Of a DNA stretch of 53,624 nt, positions 1-9,862 are shown in pieces. The notes under the pieces are model-generated. The model worked only from the letters and a program-made list of their open reading frames with translations. It had not been told where the DNA came from and did no database searches. The position numbers and the translations under genes were made by a program. This stretch comes from Parcubacteria group bacterium GW2011_GWA2_42_14. Lineage in GTDB: Bacteria; Patescibacteriota; Minisyncoccia; Sungbacterales; GWA2-42-14. The DNA lies in NCBI GenBank assembly GCA_000998135.1, contig LCCV01000006.1:1-53624 (forward strand), in the 5' to 3' direction. Within the stretch, counting starts at the first letter, position 1; every line of letters starts with the position of its first letter.

Positions 1-30
1 ATTGTGAGATTTCAGTATGTGCTCTACCAT
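1..30 (-). CDS. Partial 5' end of a probable IS200/IS605-family TnpA transposase (runs off the window edge)
   Basis: ATG at 30 gives MVEHILKSHN, resembling the 'EHIHKSHN' start of IS200 TnpA proteins; only 10 codons visible; hairpin CCGATGC-AA-GCATCGG at 66-81 just upstream. Confidence 0.4.
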   Translation of the reverse strand, partial: MVEHILKSHN

Positions 31-63
31 TCTTTCATACTACCACCCTTCCTATTCGGTTCC

Positions 64-85
64 TACCGATGCAAGCATCGGGGTA
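64..85. repeat. Hairpin, possible IS200-type end structure or nrdJ terminator
   Basis: CCGATGC(66-72)/GCATCGG(75-81) perfect stem. Confidence 0.45.
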
Positions 86-110
86 AAGTTAGAATTTATA
101 GTGATGCGAG

Positions 111-2330
111 CTAATTACACGTCAAACACACTCCCGGCGGCAATTCTCCCGAAGGCGACGGGTCTTTGGTTTCAATTTCGGTCCTTACATTCGTATCAAT
201 TACAACACCTATTTTATTTTCCAGTTTAGCGGTAGCCCCATCATCATCTTTGGCCAAATTCAAAACCTGAACCGACTTGGATTCGTCGCGATAAATCGTA
301 ATTCCTTTACACCCGGTGTCCCAAGCAAGCAAATATGCTTTTTTTACATCATCAACCGTGGCTGTTGACGGAAAATTTATGGTTTTGGAAACCGCATTAT
401 CAACATGCTTTTGAAAAACCGCCTGAGTTTTTACATGCTCTTCCGGCTTTAAATCATGGGCAGTAATAAAAACTTTTTTCCATTTTTCAGGAACTTCTTC
501 AATGTGGGCGACAGAACCGCGTCTCGCCACCTCTTTCATTACTTTTTCCGAATAAAATCCTACGCGTTTAGCCACATTTTCAAACTGCTTATCAACCTCA
601 ACAAGTTCAGCCCATTCATTTTCATTTTTGGCAATGCGCGATTTTCTTACGTAGGCCAAAGCGAATTTTGGTTCAATACCCTGGGAACATCCGGCTATAA
701 TGCCAATAGTGCCTGTAGGGGCAATTGTGGTAATGGCGCAATTTCTTAATCTTTCTCCACCCGGCTTGTCATAAACAGAATCGCGGAAATTAGGAAAAAC
801 TCCCCTGTTTTTGGCAAGTTCTATTGAGGCCTTATGACTTTCATTATTAATAAAACCCATTAATTTATCGCCTAACTCCATAGCTTTTTTGGAATTATAA
901 GGAATTTCAAGATTAACCAATAAATCCGCCCAACCCATAATGCCAAGTCCAATTCTGCGGTTTCCTCTGCCCATAGTGTCAATTTCCGGCAGAGGGTAGC
1001 GGTTCATTTCAATGACATTATCAAGAAAACGAACCGAAAGTTGAACCGTCTGTCTTAATTTATCCCAATCAACCCCATATTTATTTCCCTTTTTTTTAAT
1101 CATTTTGTTAACATCAATGCTTCCAAGATTGCATGGTTCGTTGGGCAGTAATGGTTGTTCTCCACAGGGGTTCGTGCTTTCAATCTTGCCGAGCTTGGGT
1201 GTGGGATTTCCGCGGTCATTATTCATTCGTTCAATAAACACAACTCCGGGGTCCCCGGTTTGCCAAGCCAAACGCACGATTTTATCAAAAACTTCGCAGG
1301 CATCCAGTTCTTTAACCGGTTGCATGGTTTTTGGATGTATCAATTTATAAGTCGCGCCCTTTTTAACCGCGTTCATAAACTCTTCAGTTATGGCAACGGA
1401 AATATTGAAATTCTGCAAAATTCCTTCTTCGGTTTTGGCGGAAATAAATTCTAAAATATCAGGATGGTCAACTTTTAAAATTCCCATCATGGCGCCCCGG
1501 CGCTTGCCGCCCTGTTTTACCACATCCGCAACTTTATCGAAAACAGTCATAAAAGAAACAGGGCCCGAAGAAACTCCTTGAGTTGTTTTAATAATGTCGC
1601 CCTTGGGGCGAAGACGCGAAAATGAATATCCTGTTCCGCCCCCTGATTTATGAATAATGGCGGTTCCCTTCACAGCGTCAAAAATGCTCTCCATAGAATC
1701 TTCAACCGGAATAACAAAACATGCCGACAATTGTTGCATCGGCGTTCCGGCATTCATAATTGTCGGGGAATTGGGTAAAAATTCCAAAGACGCCAAAAGC
1801 CGATAAAATTTTTCTTCAAATTTAAACAAATCCTCGTCGGTTAAATCAGGATTATAAACTTTCTCGGCCGCGGCAATATTAGAGGCAATTCTGCGAAATA
1901 ACTGCTGCGGGGTTTCAATAACTTTTCCATTCTCGTCTTTTCTAAGATAGCGGGACTCAAGAACCTTAAAAGAATTCTCGGTAATATTGGTTTTGACGTT
2001 ATGGTACAAAAGAAAATATTTGGCCTCCCTTATTTCCTGGCGTTTTTTGCGATATTCCGTATATGCGTCAGCGACATCCTTATATCCTTTGTCGTATAGG
2101 GTTTCCACAACCAAATCCTGAATTTGTTCAACGCGCGGAACGCGTCCGGCAAATTTCTGATTAAGGCGCGAACCAATTTCGTCCGTAAGAATTTTTACTT
2201 CTTTGCCATCGGATTCCCTTACGGCAATAAACGCCTTGTGGATGGCGCTGTAAATTTTCTCATCGTCAAAAGGAACGACCCGGCCGTCGCGTTTTTCTAT
2301 GCGCACAATCTTAAGAGACAGCTTAGGCAT
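111..2330 (-). CDS. nrdJ: Class II (adenosylcobalamin-dependent) ribonucleotide reductase with N-terminal ATP-cone
   Basis: IEKRDGRVVPFD ATP-cone; FLPNSPTIMNAG, LSACFV, GGGTG, STNPCGEQPL, CNLGS, TTIAPTGT, VSKTIN motifs; C-terminal CxxC; start probably 2330 (ORF open to 2426). Confidence 0.92.
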   Translation of the reverse strand: MPKLSLKIVRIEKRDGRVVPFDDEKIYSAIHKAFIAVRESDGKEVKILTDEIGSRLNQKFAGRVPRVEQIQDLVVETLYDKGYKDVADAYTEYRKKRQEIREAKYFLLYHNVKTNITENSFKVLESRYLRKDENGKVIETPQQLFRRIASNIAAAEKVYNPDLTDEDLFKFEEKFYRLLASLEFLPNSPTIMNAGTPMQQLSACFVIPVEDSMESIFDAVKGTAIIHKSGGGTGYSFSRLRPKGDIIKTTQGVSSGPVSFMTVFDKVADVVKQGGKRRGAMMGILKVDHPDILEFISAKTEEGILQNFNISVAITEEFMNAVKKGATYKLIHPKTMQPVKELDACEVFDKIVRLAWQTGDPGVVFIERMNNDRGNPTPKLGKIESTNPCGEQPLLPNEPCNLGSIDVNKMIKKKGNKYGVDWDKLRQTVQLSVRFLDNVIEMNRYPLPEIDTMGRGNRRIGLGIMGWADLLVNLEIPYNSKKAMELGDKLMGFINNESHKASIELAKNRGVFPNFRDSVYDKPGGERLRNCAITTIAPTGTIGIIAGCSQGIEPKFALAYVRKSRIAKNENEWAELVEVDKQFENVAKRVGFYSEKVMKEVARRGSVAHIEEVPEKWKKVFITAHDLKPEEHVKTQAVFQKHVDNAVSKTINFPSTATVDDVKKAYLLAWDTGCKGITIYRDESKSVQVLNLAKDDDGATAKLENKIGVVIDTNVRTEIETKDPSPSGELPPGVCLTCN

Positions 2331-2562
2331 GACTCTTGTGAGGATTGATTTTGTTATTTTTATAGCTGTGGGCATAAATAAATTTTTAATTTGGTAGCCA
2401 AGCACTAATTCTGACCCCATCACCACAATTTTACTCTACTTCCGCGGCGAAGCGCTTCGCCCCAACTCAGGTTGGCCTATTCGGCCACGCGCTTCGCACC
2501 GCATACAATATTTTTCTTTTCCACGCACTTTCTAACAAACATGGGTAAAATTAATGAGAGGT

Positions 2563-2624
2563 TAATTTCGTTCTCCGCAATTCATTCCTCAACAAACATG
2601 GAATGAATTGCGGACGAAATTAAA
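2563..2624. repeat. Long inverted repeat upstream of nrdJ
   Basis: TTAATTTCG..TCCGCAATTCATTCC / GGAATGAATTGCGGACGAAATTAA. Confidence 0.7.
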
Positions 2625-2997
2625 AATTTGGACAAAAATGGAGGACAAAAATGCCACCCTTCTTTTTGTGTCTAGAATGATGAAAGTAGAGAGTAGAATG
2701 TGGAAGAAGTTTCTTCCACCTACCACCTGCTACACACCACAATCTAACAAAGACGGATGGCAACGTAAAACTAAAAAATAAAGTTAAAGGTTTAAAGTTA
2801 CAAAATCTTCTTTATATTTTTATATTATCGCGTAAAAAAATTAATAGCAAAAATTTTTCTGTGGATAAGTGCCAATTTTGTCTGCGAGGCGCAGCCGAGC
2901 AGAAACAAAATTGAGCACCCAGCATATAATTTCCGAAAATTATGGGTGGGTAAACCATATTATAAAAACCTTCATAATCGAGAGGAAAAGATTGCTA

Positions 2998-3026
2998 TTG
3001 ACAAAATACTTTAAATTTGCTATAAT
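2998..3026 (+). promoter_or_regulatory. Consensus sigma70 promoter
   Basis: TTGACA(2998-3003)-17 bp-TATAAT(3021-3026). Confidence 0.85.
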
Positions 3027-3087
3027 GGAATTAACAGTTTCTGTGCACCAAGTCCTACACCAAAACCCCAAAAAGGAGAGGAAAACA

Positions 3088-3399
3088 ATGTACTATCAGT
3101 ACACCCAGATGCTTCCCGGACTCGCCGAGTTTGTTCCGAAACTCGGTCCGGGACACAGGATTCCGACCGCCAAGCATCGCTGTATGTCCTGCCCGCCTAA
3201 CCGCACGGGCAAAGACCATGAAGTTTCCGGGTTGGACCGTTTCAAGGCGGCCACGCATTTTCTGCCGGATGGTCACGCCATGACCAAGAAAGAGCGTGAG
3301 CGGATTGTCGGCCGGTTCATGGTCGAGGCCGTCCGCGCCAAGGTTGGTCAGGATGTTCTCCAGGAGATCAGCGAGACCGACTCGGAGGACGAAAACTAA
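3088..3399 (+). CDS. Small hypothetical protein, possibly Zn-binding
   Basis: AGGAGAGG RBS before ATG 3088; perfect promoter upstream and terminator downstream; CMSC plus His residues; acidic tail. Confidence 0.7.
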   Translation: MYYQYTQMLPGLAEFVPKLGPGHRIPTAKHRCMSCPPNRTGKDHEVSGLDRFKAATHFLPDGHAMTKKERERIVGRFMVEAVRAKVGQDVLQEISETDSEDEN

Positions 3400-3417
3400 T
3401 CGGCCTAAGGCCGTCCA

Positions 3418-3452
3418 GGGGGTCGTTGAACGACGACCCCCGTTTTTTATTT
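3418..3452 (+). terminator. Rho-independent terminator
   Basis: GGGGGTCGT-loop-ACGACCCCC followed by GTTTTTTATTT. Confidence 0.85.
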
Positions 3453-3596
3453 TCTCCGCAATTCATAAAAAATGCTATTACTTCAAATGTAAACTTCTCG
3501 ACTCGTTCCTGCCTCGCTCGAAGAATAAAATTTGACAAGTATCTATAAAAATGTTACATATTACATCAGCAACTCATCAATCTTCTTTGACAAAAA

Positions 3597-4568
3597 ATGA
3601 GCCCCATTACCCCAAACCAGAATAACCAAGAAATCCATAAAAACCATATCAAACCCCCCACGCTCCCAACCAACACCATGTGGGGTAACGGGGTAAACAA
3701 AATCATCGCACTAGTTGTATTCATTTTCCTGCTATTTTCTACGATTCCGGTATTTGCTCTTCAATTCCAGCCGATTAAGGAAATCACCGAATTTGAAAAG
3801 GAAATCATAAGCAATGCCGCCAAAAAGCCGGCCGAGGAAGTACTTAAAGACGCGGTTGAATTCAAAACAAACCGAGGCCTCGTCGTCCTCAAATTCCAAA
3901 ACGGCGATGAGGGATATTATGGATATGGCGGAAAAAACATTTCCTCAAAAACAGCCGCAGACCCTGAAAAAACAACGGAAGAATGTATATTGAATTCTCT
4001 TAAGTATGATGGTTATGATTGTTTGCCTAAAGATTCAAACAAAACCGTTTCTGACAATTCCTCTGAAGACGCTGCCTCTCGCGCAGGAAAAGTGTTTGAA
4101 GAATTTCTAAAAGTGTGGAACAAACCCCTGATAGCAAATGAACTAACCCCGGAAGAACTCGCCGAAGCAGACAATCTAATGCACACATATATTGGTCTTT
4201 TTTCACAATTTCCTGATGACAAAAGACAAGATATCTACTCCATTACCGGTAGCATTACCGCTAGGGGCAACAGATACGCGTCTCAATTTGAAAATACAAT
4301 TTCCTCCTTCGTTGATGCCAAAACCATGGCCGATTTTTATGACTTATATATCAGGGACGCCGAAGATTCTGATCTTCGCATGAGGAACGAAGACAGACCG
4401 AGTGAAAAAGATAAATACATGGCACTCCAAAAGCTCATTGACTATCTCCAGAATTGGCAAGAAGTGAGACCTTTCGCATTATTTGGTACAACTCAAATTT
4501 TTTTTGAAAAGAATGAACCGGCAGTATTGCAGGATTTAATTAACCAGGGAAAAGTAAGAAACATTTAA
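3597..4568 (+). CDS. Hypothetical secreted or membrane-anchored protein
   Basis: 323-aa ORF with N-terminal hydrophobic segment IIALVVFIFLLFSTIPVFA; TTGACA upstream at ~3532. Confidence 0.7.
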   Translation: MSPITPNQNNQEIHKNHIKPPTLPTNTMWGNGVNKIIALVVFIFLLFSTIPVFALQFQPIKEITEFEKEIISNAAKKPAEEVLKDAVEFKTNRGLVVLKFQNGDEGYYGYGGKNISSKTAADPEKTTEECILNSLKYDGYDCLPKDSNKTVSDNSSEDAASRAGKVFEEFLKVWNKPLIANELTPEELAEADNLMHTYIGLFSQFPDDKRQDIYSITGSITARGNRYASQFENTISSFVDAKTMADFYDLYIRDAEDSDLRMRNEDRPSEKDKYMALQKLIDYLQNWQEVRPFALFGTTQIFFEKNEPAVLQDLINQGKVRNI

Positions 4569-4571
4569 AAC

Positions 4572-4621
4572 CCTGAATTACGAAATACAGTTTCAGCGAG
4601 GTATCAGCGTACTAATCAGCG
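4572..4621. repeat. Dispersed TCAGCG-unit repeat, copy 1 (inverted copy at 10317-10367)
   Basis: CCTGAATTACGAAATACAGTTTCAGCGAGGTATCAGCGTACTAATCAGCG matches the reverse complement of 10317-10367 with few mismatches. Confidence 0.8.
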
Positions 4622-4791
4622 TCAAATCTGCTTCTATTTTCCATAGAAGCTGCTAAAGTACGCCAAAAATATGCTGATATTGATAGTTTCATAATTGGAA
4701 GTTTAAAAACGTCTCCCGCAAACTTTTTGCGGGTTTTTTCACAACACAAAAACGCCATCATGGCGTTTTCTTTGTCTTTTTTAACGGCCGG

Positions 4792-5079
4792 CTATCTTGC
4801 CAAACCAACTTTTCTTTCAACACGATTAAGCCGCATGTGCAAACTTCTGATTACATTTTCCATATCAACAACTGTCCTGACCAAGGGACCCATCGCCACC
4901 TTCAAATCATGAACATCATCCCGTACAAGACGCAGTCCTTCGCTCAAAGCTTCTATTTTTCCGTCAATACCGCCAAGACGTTTTTCTATAGCAAGCAAAT
5001 CCTGCTTTGACGCAGTATTCTCGAACCCCTTTGCAATCATCTGGGCCAATTTTTCATTTGTCATTTGTTTTTTAGCCAT
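4792..5079 (-). CDS. Small coiled-coil hypothetical protein (ASKQDL motif)
   Basis: 95-aa ORF with heptad pattern, LAQMIAKGFENTASKQDL...RLNRVERKVG. Confidence 0.7.
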   Translation of the reverse strand: MAKKQMTNEKLAQMIAKGFENTASKQDLLAIEKRLGGIDGKIEALSEGLRLVRDDVHDLKVAMGPLVRTVVDMENVIRSLHMRLNRVERKVGLAR

Positions 5080-5333
5080 ATTTTCTATATTAACAAGTTT
5101 TTGAGAGGAAAAATTTATCTGCCAGCGAACCTGCTGTAATTTTCTGAACTCGAGGAGGAGTCAAAAGTGCCGAGGACGGCTATAAAATTGAGAGGAGCTA
5201 AGTTTTTTGCTTCTCGCAAAAACCCGGGGAAATTTTTAACGCCTCGGTCGGAACCAAAGCTAAATTTCCCGCTGAAAACCAAGTAGTTGGTTTTCAGCCC
5301 CCCTTGGTGAAGAAAATTATGGCAGGCGAGCGA

Positions 5334-6461
5334 TTATTTTTTCCTCCTCAAGAACGCCGGTACCGCGTCCCATTCCGACTCCTCCTCGGCTGCGGCCTTG
5401 GCCGCGTGCGCTACTGTTCCACCATTCACAGTGATTTTTATTGGGTTGCCATTTCCTCCTCCATTCGACTTTTTTACTTCTTCTTTTCTCAGTAAATTAA
5501 CGCCATTGGGACCGAAACCAGTAGCAATAACCGTAATCTTCACCTCGCCTTTCTTTAATCGGTCATCATGAACAGCGCCAAAAATAAGTTTGGCGTCTTT
5601 ATCAACGGACTCCGTAATAACCTTGGCCGCCTCATTAATTTCCCACATGGTTAAATCCTGCCCTCCGGAAACATTAAACAACACGCCCTTGGCTCCGTTT
5701 ATGGAAATATCAAGAAGAGGAGAACTTATGGCAAGCTGTGCCGCCTGAACTGCTCTGTGCTCTCCCGTAGAAGAACCAACGCCCATAAGAGCCGAGCCAG
5801 CATCTTCCATTATTGTCCTGACATCCGCAAAATCCACGTTTACCAAACCGGGCATAGTTATCAAGTCCGAAATTCCCTGAACGGCATTTTTCAAAACATC
5901 ATCACAGAGCCGGAAAGATGCCACCAACGGAGTATTTCTTTCAATCAAATTCAAAAGATTATTGTTAGGGATAGTAATTAAAGCATCTACATTATCTTTT
6001 AAACGAGACCAGCCATCTTCCGCAATTCTCATTCTTTGAGTGCCTTCGAAAAGAAAGGGCTTGGTAACAACTCCGATTGCTAGGGCCCCAACATTTCTTG
6101 CCGCTTCAGCGACAACGGGCGCGGCACCGGTTCCGGTTCCTCCTCCAAGACCGCAGGTGATAAATACCATGTCCGAACCCTTAAGAGCATCCTGAATTTC
6201 ATCGCGGTTTTCTTCGGCGGCCTGTTTTCCAATTTCAGGATTCATTCCGGCGCCTAATCCCCTGGTTAAATTCTTGCCGATATGAATTTTGGAACTGGCT
6301 TTGTGGTGATGTAAATGCTGGGCATCCGTATTTATGGCAATAAAATCAACCCCGTGAATGCGGGAATCCATCATGCGGGTAATGGCTGACCCTCCGGAGC
6401 CGCCAACCCCCACCACTTTAATACGCGCGTATGTTTCTATGTCGGGTTTTATGTTAGGCAT
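5334..6461 (-). CDS. ftsZ: Cell division protein FtsZ
   Basis: [22 protein letters not shown] tubulin signature, NVDFADV, C-terminal VPAFLRRKK. Confidence 0.98.
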   Translation of the reverse strand: MPNIKPDIETYARIKVVGVGGSGGSAITRMMDSRIHGVDFIAINTDAQHLHHHKASSKIHIGKNLTRGLGAGMNPEIGKQAAEENRDEIQDALKGSDMVFITCGLGGGTGTGAAPVVAEAARNVGALAIGVVTKPFLFEGTQRMRIAEDGWSRLKDNVDALITIPNNNLLNLIERNTPLVASFRLCDDVLKNAVQGISDLITMPGLVNVDFADVRTIMEDAGSALMGVGSSTGEHRAVQAAQLAISSPLLDISINGAKGVLFNVSGGQDLTMWEINEAAKVITESVDKDAKLIFGAVHDDRLKKGEVKITVIATGFGPNGVNLLRKEEVKKSNGGGNGNPIKITVNGGTVAHAAKAAAEEESEWDAVPAFLRRKK

Positions 6462-6470
6462 ATTTTTATT

Positions 6471-6766
6471 TTATCTCTTTTTAGGTGGATATTTCCTGTC
6501 CAAATTAGCACGAAATTTAGCATGTTCGATCTCGTCTATGTGTCCTCGCAAATGTAAATATAATGCCACATCTGGGTGCTCTTGAAATGTTCTATAAAAA
6601 CGACCAGTTCCTACTCCAAACGCTGTGTCTTTAAGACGTCCGAGTTTACTCTCCATTTCATTAAATGCTTTTATGGAGGGGAATCACCCAAAACCCGAAG
6701 CGCTTCAGTCAATACTTCTTTCTCTCTTTCTTCGGAAGATTCTACTATTCTTTCTCTTTCTAACAT
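6471..6766 (-). pseudogene. Small hypothetical gene, apparently split by a frameshift
   Basis: ATG 6766 gives MLERERIVESSEEREKEVLTEALRVLGDSPP*; a 1-nt shift continues KAFNE into the 6471-6656 ORF. Confidence 0.4.
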
Positions 6767-6974
6767 AATTTTCTAATATTTTTTAATAATTTAAACTACA
6801 ACTTTCTGTTTCAATATTGAAATGTCTTTTTCTTGGCGTTTATAATGCTTAACATTTAAACCTCTTGTCCTTATGAAAATTTCAAATTTTTTTAGAATGA
6901 TATTATGATTCTTAATAATCTTTTGGTATTCATTTAGTATAACTTCTTTCATTGATTTCAACCATTTAACTTTT

Positions 6975-7325
6975 TTATTTCCGAATCCCGACCTCTAACC
7001 TTTCAAGCCATTTTCCATGGCGGTCATGAAGTAATTTATCAGCCGCATGATCCTTTTCCGCTTTATCGAATTTCGTACCAATCCCGTCTACCGCCTGCAA
7101 AATTTTAACCTCGCTTTCCTTTACATTATCCTTAGTGGCAAAGTTCTTCAAATCTTCCTTGGTAGTAAAATTTTCAACCATGTTCCGGCTTAATTCTTTC
7201 AAATCATCCTTCGTAGCCATGTTTTTCCGAACAGCAAAAAACTCGTTAGCGGTCATGCGAGCCAGTTTATCCAGCGTCACTTTTGCTTTTTTAACAACTT
7301 TTCCCACTATCTTTAATTTAAACAA
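6975..7325 (-). CDS. Small coiled-coil protein with ATKxDL repeats
   Basis: ATKDDL / TTKEDL / ATKDNV repeats; C-terminal HGKWLERLE. Confidence 0.7.
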   Translation of the reverse strand: MFKLKIVGKVVKKAKVTLDKLARMTANEFFAVRKNMATKDDLKELSRNMVENFTTKEDLKNFATKDNVKESEVKILQAVDGIGTKFDKAEKDHAADKLLHDRHGKWLERLEVGIRK

Positions 7326-7422
7326 AAATGCTTTTCAAGGCAATATGGACAAAAAATTGAAAATATGTCGTTATTTTATTTAGTAGCAAGAAACATGCTA
7401 CATGTCGCTTGTTTCATGTCGC

Positions 7423-8661
7423 TCAGGGTATAAACACCTTAAACCAATTCTTGATTTTTGAACTGACCGATTCAAATGTTGGGTTATAAAAATAGCGATT
7501 GTCTCCGGACAATTGGTTTACCTGCCAGGCGACAAGGCCCAAAGCAACCGGATAAGTAAAAAGCAGCTCTTGCAGATTCTTGTCCGTGGGCTGGGGCAAA
7601 TTTACTTTTTTCCCGACTTCAATGGGCAGGCGCAGTTCTTTTTTGGCAATTTCTTCAATTCCGGGAATATGCGACGCTCCGCCGATTAAAACGACTCCGG
7701 CCGGCAAAAGGCCAAATCTGTCAATACGCTTAAGTTCTTTGGAAGCAAGCTCAAAAATGTCTTTAAACCGCGCTTCCACAATTTCGGCAATATGGCGCTT
7801 AAGATAAACATCATCTCCGTTTAAGCCAAAATCAGCAAGTTTAATAACGTCTTTTTTGGAAAATAACTCGGGAATTGCATGTCCGTATTCAAGCTTGATT
7901 TTCTCGGCAGTATCAATGTGCACTTGAAGCCCCACGGCAATATCATGAGTAATATGCGTTCCGCCAACAGGAAAAACTCCCGCCTGAACCAATCTTCCCT
8001 CCTCCCAAACGGAATAATTTGAAGTTCCTCCGCCAATATCAAGAAGCATAACCCCTAATTCTTTTTGGCGCCGAGAAAGCACTGCTTCGGCTGATGCCAA
8101 AGAGGAAAATATAAAGTCGTCAATTTCCACACCCGCCCCCTCAACGCATTTTATAATGCTTCTTAAAGCGGATTTGGAACCGTCAACAATCATGGCGTCC
8201 ACCTCAAGCCGTATTCCCGTCATGCCGACCGGGTCCTTAATCCCCGACTCATTATCAATTTTGTATTCCCTCGGAATAATATGGATTATTTCCCGATTAG
8301 GATTTTTAGGAATGGAATTTTCCGCGGCCTGAATAACACGCCTTACATCTTCTTCGGCAATTTCGCCATCTGCCCTGGATATGGCCACTACCCCTTTAGT
8401 GTTATAAGTATTTATATGAGTGCCGCCGACCCCCACTACCGCTTTTTTAATGTTCATGCCCGAGGCCTTAGACGCTTCCTGAATGGTTTTTTTGAGAGAT
8501 ACCGTAACTTCATCAATATCAACAACCGAGCCGCGCCTCATGCCGAAAGTCGGGCCTTGAGCCACGCCTAAAATCCGGATTCCTCCGTCTTTCTGCCTTT
8601 CGGCAACAATAGTGGAAATAGCAGTGGTGCCTATATCAATTGTGGTTATAATACGCCTCAT
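7423..8661 (-). CDS. ftsA: Cell division protein FtsA
   Basis: IDIGTT, DPVGMTGIRLEV, LDIGGGTS, GGTHITHDI, AEKIKLEYG, VLIGGAS. Confidence 0.97.
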   Translation of the reverse strand: MRRIITTIDIGTTAISTIVAERQKDGGIRILGVAQGPTFGMRRGSVVDIDEVTVSLKKTIQEASKASGMNIKKAVVGVGGTHINTYNTKGVVAISRADGEIAEEDVRRVIQAAENSIPKNPNREIIHIIPREYKIDNESGIKDPVGMTGIRLEVDAMIVDGSKSALRSIIKCVEGAGVEIDDFIFSSLASAEAVLSRRQKELGVMLLDIGGGTSNYSVWEEGRLVQAGVFPVGGTHITHDIAVGLQVHIDTAEKIKLEYGHAIPELFSKKDVIKLADFGLNGDDVYLKRHIAEIVEARFKDIFELASKELKRIDRFGLLPAGVVLIGGASHIPGIEEIAKKELRLPIEVGKKVNLPQPTDKNLQELLFTYPVALGLVAWQVNQLSGDNRYFYNPTFESVSSKIKNWFKVFIP

Positions 8662-8726
8662 TACTTTTGAATTATGAATTAAGAATCATGCATTATGGCC
8701 GTTTCCTAATTCCTAATTCATAACTC

Positions 8727-9125
8727 CTAATTCACAAAATCAATCTTGGAAAGAATTTCTTTCTCTATACGCTCTGTTTTTTTGGCTATATCGCCGGACT
8801 CCTCATGATGCATTCCCCCTAAATGTAGCATACCATGCAAAATCATCCATGTCATCTGGTATTTATAAGAATTGTCCTGCTCTTTTGCCTCTTTGCGGAT
8901 AACTTCCGGACACACCAAAATTTCACCATAATCCTTGCCGTAGCAAAACGATAATACGTTGGCCGGCTTATTTTTATGGCGATATTTTCGGTTAATTTCG
9001 CGCGATTCCCCTTTCGATACCTCTTTTACTATAATTTCTTTGGGCAGTTTTTTTATAACCGCTTTCGGCAATAATTTTTTAATAGTTTTAATTATTGTGT
9101 CCATTTTAAGCATTTCTATCCCCAT
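8727..9125 (-). CDS. ybeY: rRNA maturation RNase YbeY
   Basis: INRKYRHKNKPANVLSF, GEILVC, HGMLHLGGMHH metal motif; start uncertain (ORF open to 9251). Confidence 0.9.
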   Translation of the reverse strand: MGIEMLKMDTIIKTIKKLLPKAVIKKLPKEIIVKEVSKGESREINRKYRHKNKPANVLSFCYGKDYGEILVCPEVIRKEAKEQDNSYKYQMTWMILHGMLHLGGMHHEESGDIAKKTERIEKEILSKIDFVN

Positions 9126-9332
9126 TACCCATGACCCTCCTTCGCTAAAACTTCGGACGGGCGCAGCACTTTTTATATTTCCTAACGAGGCCATGCGAAA
9201 ATTTATTTTCGTGATGGCCGAGCGACGGAAATTTAAGAAATGCCGTGGCATTTCTTATATTTCTTGTCGCTACCCTACAAATATTACAATTGACTAACAA
9301 AAATAGTACGGCTTAAACGTACTATTTTTTCT

Positions 9333-9824
9333 TTATTCTGGCAACATCTTTTTAACCGCGGCGCTTACCCTATCGCCCGACGCCTGCCCTTTTACTTTTT
9401 TCATCATCTCTCCCATTACACGGCCGAAGTCCTTAATGGTAACACTCCCCAAACCGGCAACCGTGTCGTCAACTAATTTTTCCAATTCTTCGTCCCCCAT
9501 TTCCTTGGGCAAATACGCTTCCAAAATTTTAAGTTCAGCCGATTCTTTTTCAACCAAATCGGCCCTTCCGCCTTTTTCAAATTCTACGATTGCATCGCGC
9601 CGTTTTTTTGTTTCAGAACGTAAAGCGCCAAAGGCCTCCTCATCATTAAGTTCGCTTTCTTTTTCCAGGTTTTTGGTTTCCGGGTTTTTAGAAAGTTTCG
9701 TCCGCTTTTCAATTTCCCGATTCTTAATCGCCGCCAAGAGCATCCGCAAAACCGAAAGCCGCAGTTCTTCCTTATTCCGCATCGCTTCTTTTCTTTCACC
9801 CTCAATTGTCTGCTTGATATTCAT
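9333..9824 (-). CDS. yqeY: GatB/YqeY domain protein
   Basis: RLSVLRMLLAAIKNREIEK, KKRRDAIVEFEKGGRADL, YLP, DFGRVMG. Confidence 0.92.
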   Translation of the reverse strand: MNIKQTIEGERKEAMRNKEELRLSVLRMLLAAIKNREIEKRTKLSKNPETKNLEKESELNDEEAFGALRSETKKRRDAIVEFEKGGRADLVEKESAELKILEAYLPKEMGDEELEKLVDDTVAGLGSVTIKDFGRVMGEMMKKVKGQASGDRVSAAVKKMLPE

Positions 9825-9862
9825 AAAAAAATAATGTGGTTCGCCCACACTGCAACAATCAA

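Noticed and set aside
111-2330. Intein in the ribonucleotide reductase
   Set aside because: Normal length, contiguous motifs, no C...HN splice signature
2430-2800. Cobalamin riboswitch or NrdR boxes upstream of nrdJ
   Set aside because: No recognisable B12-box or convincing NrdR consensus by eye
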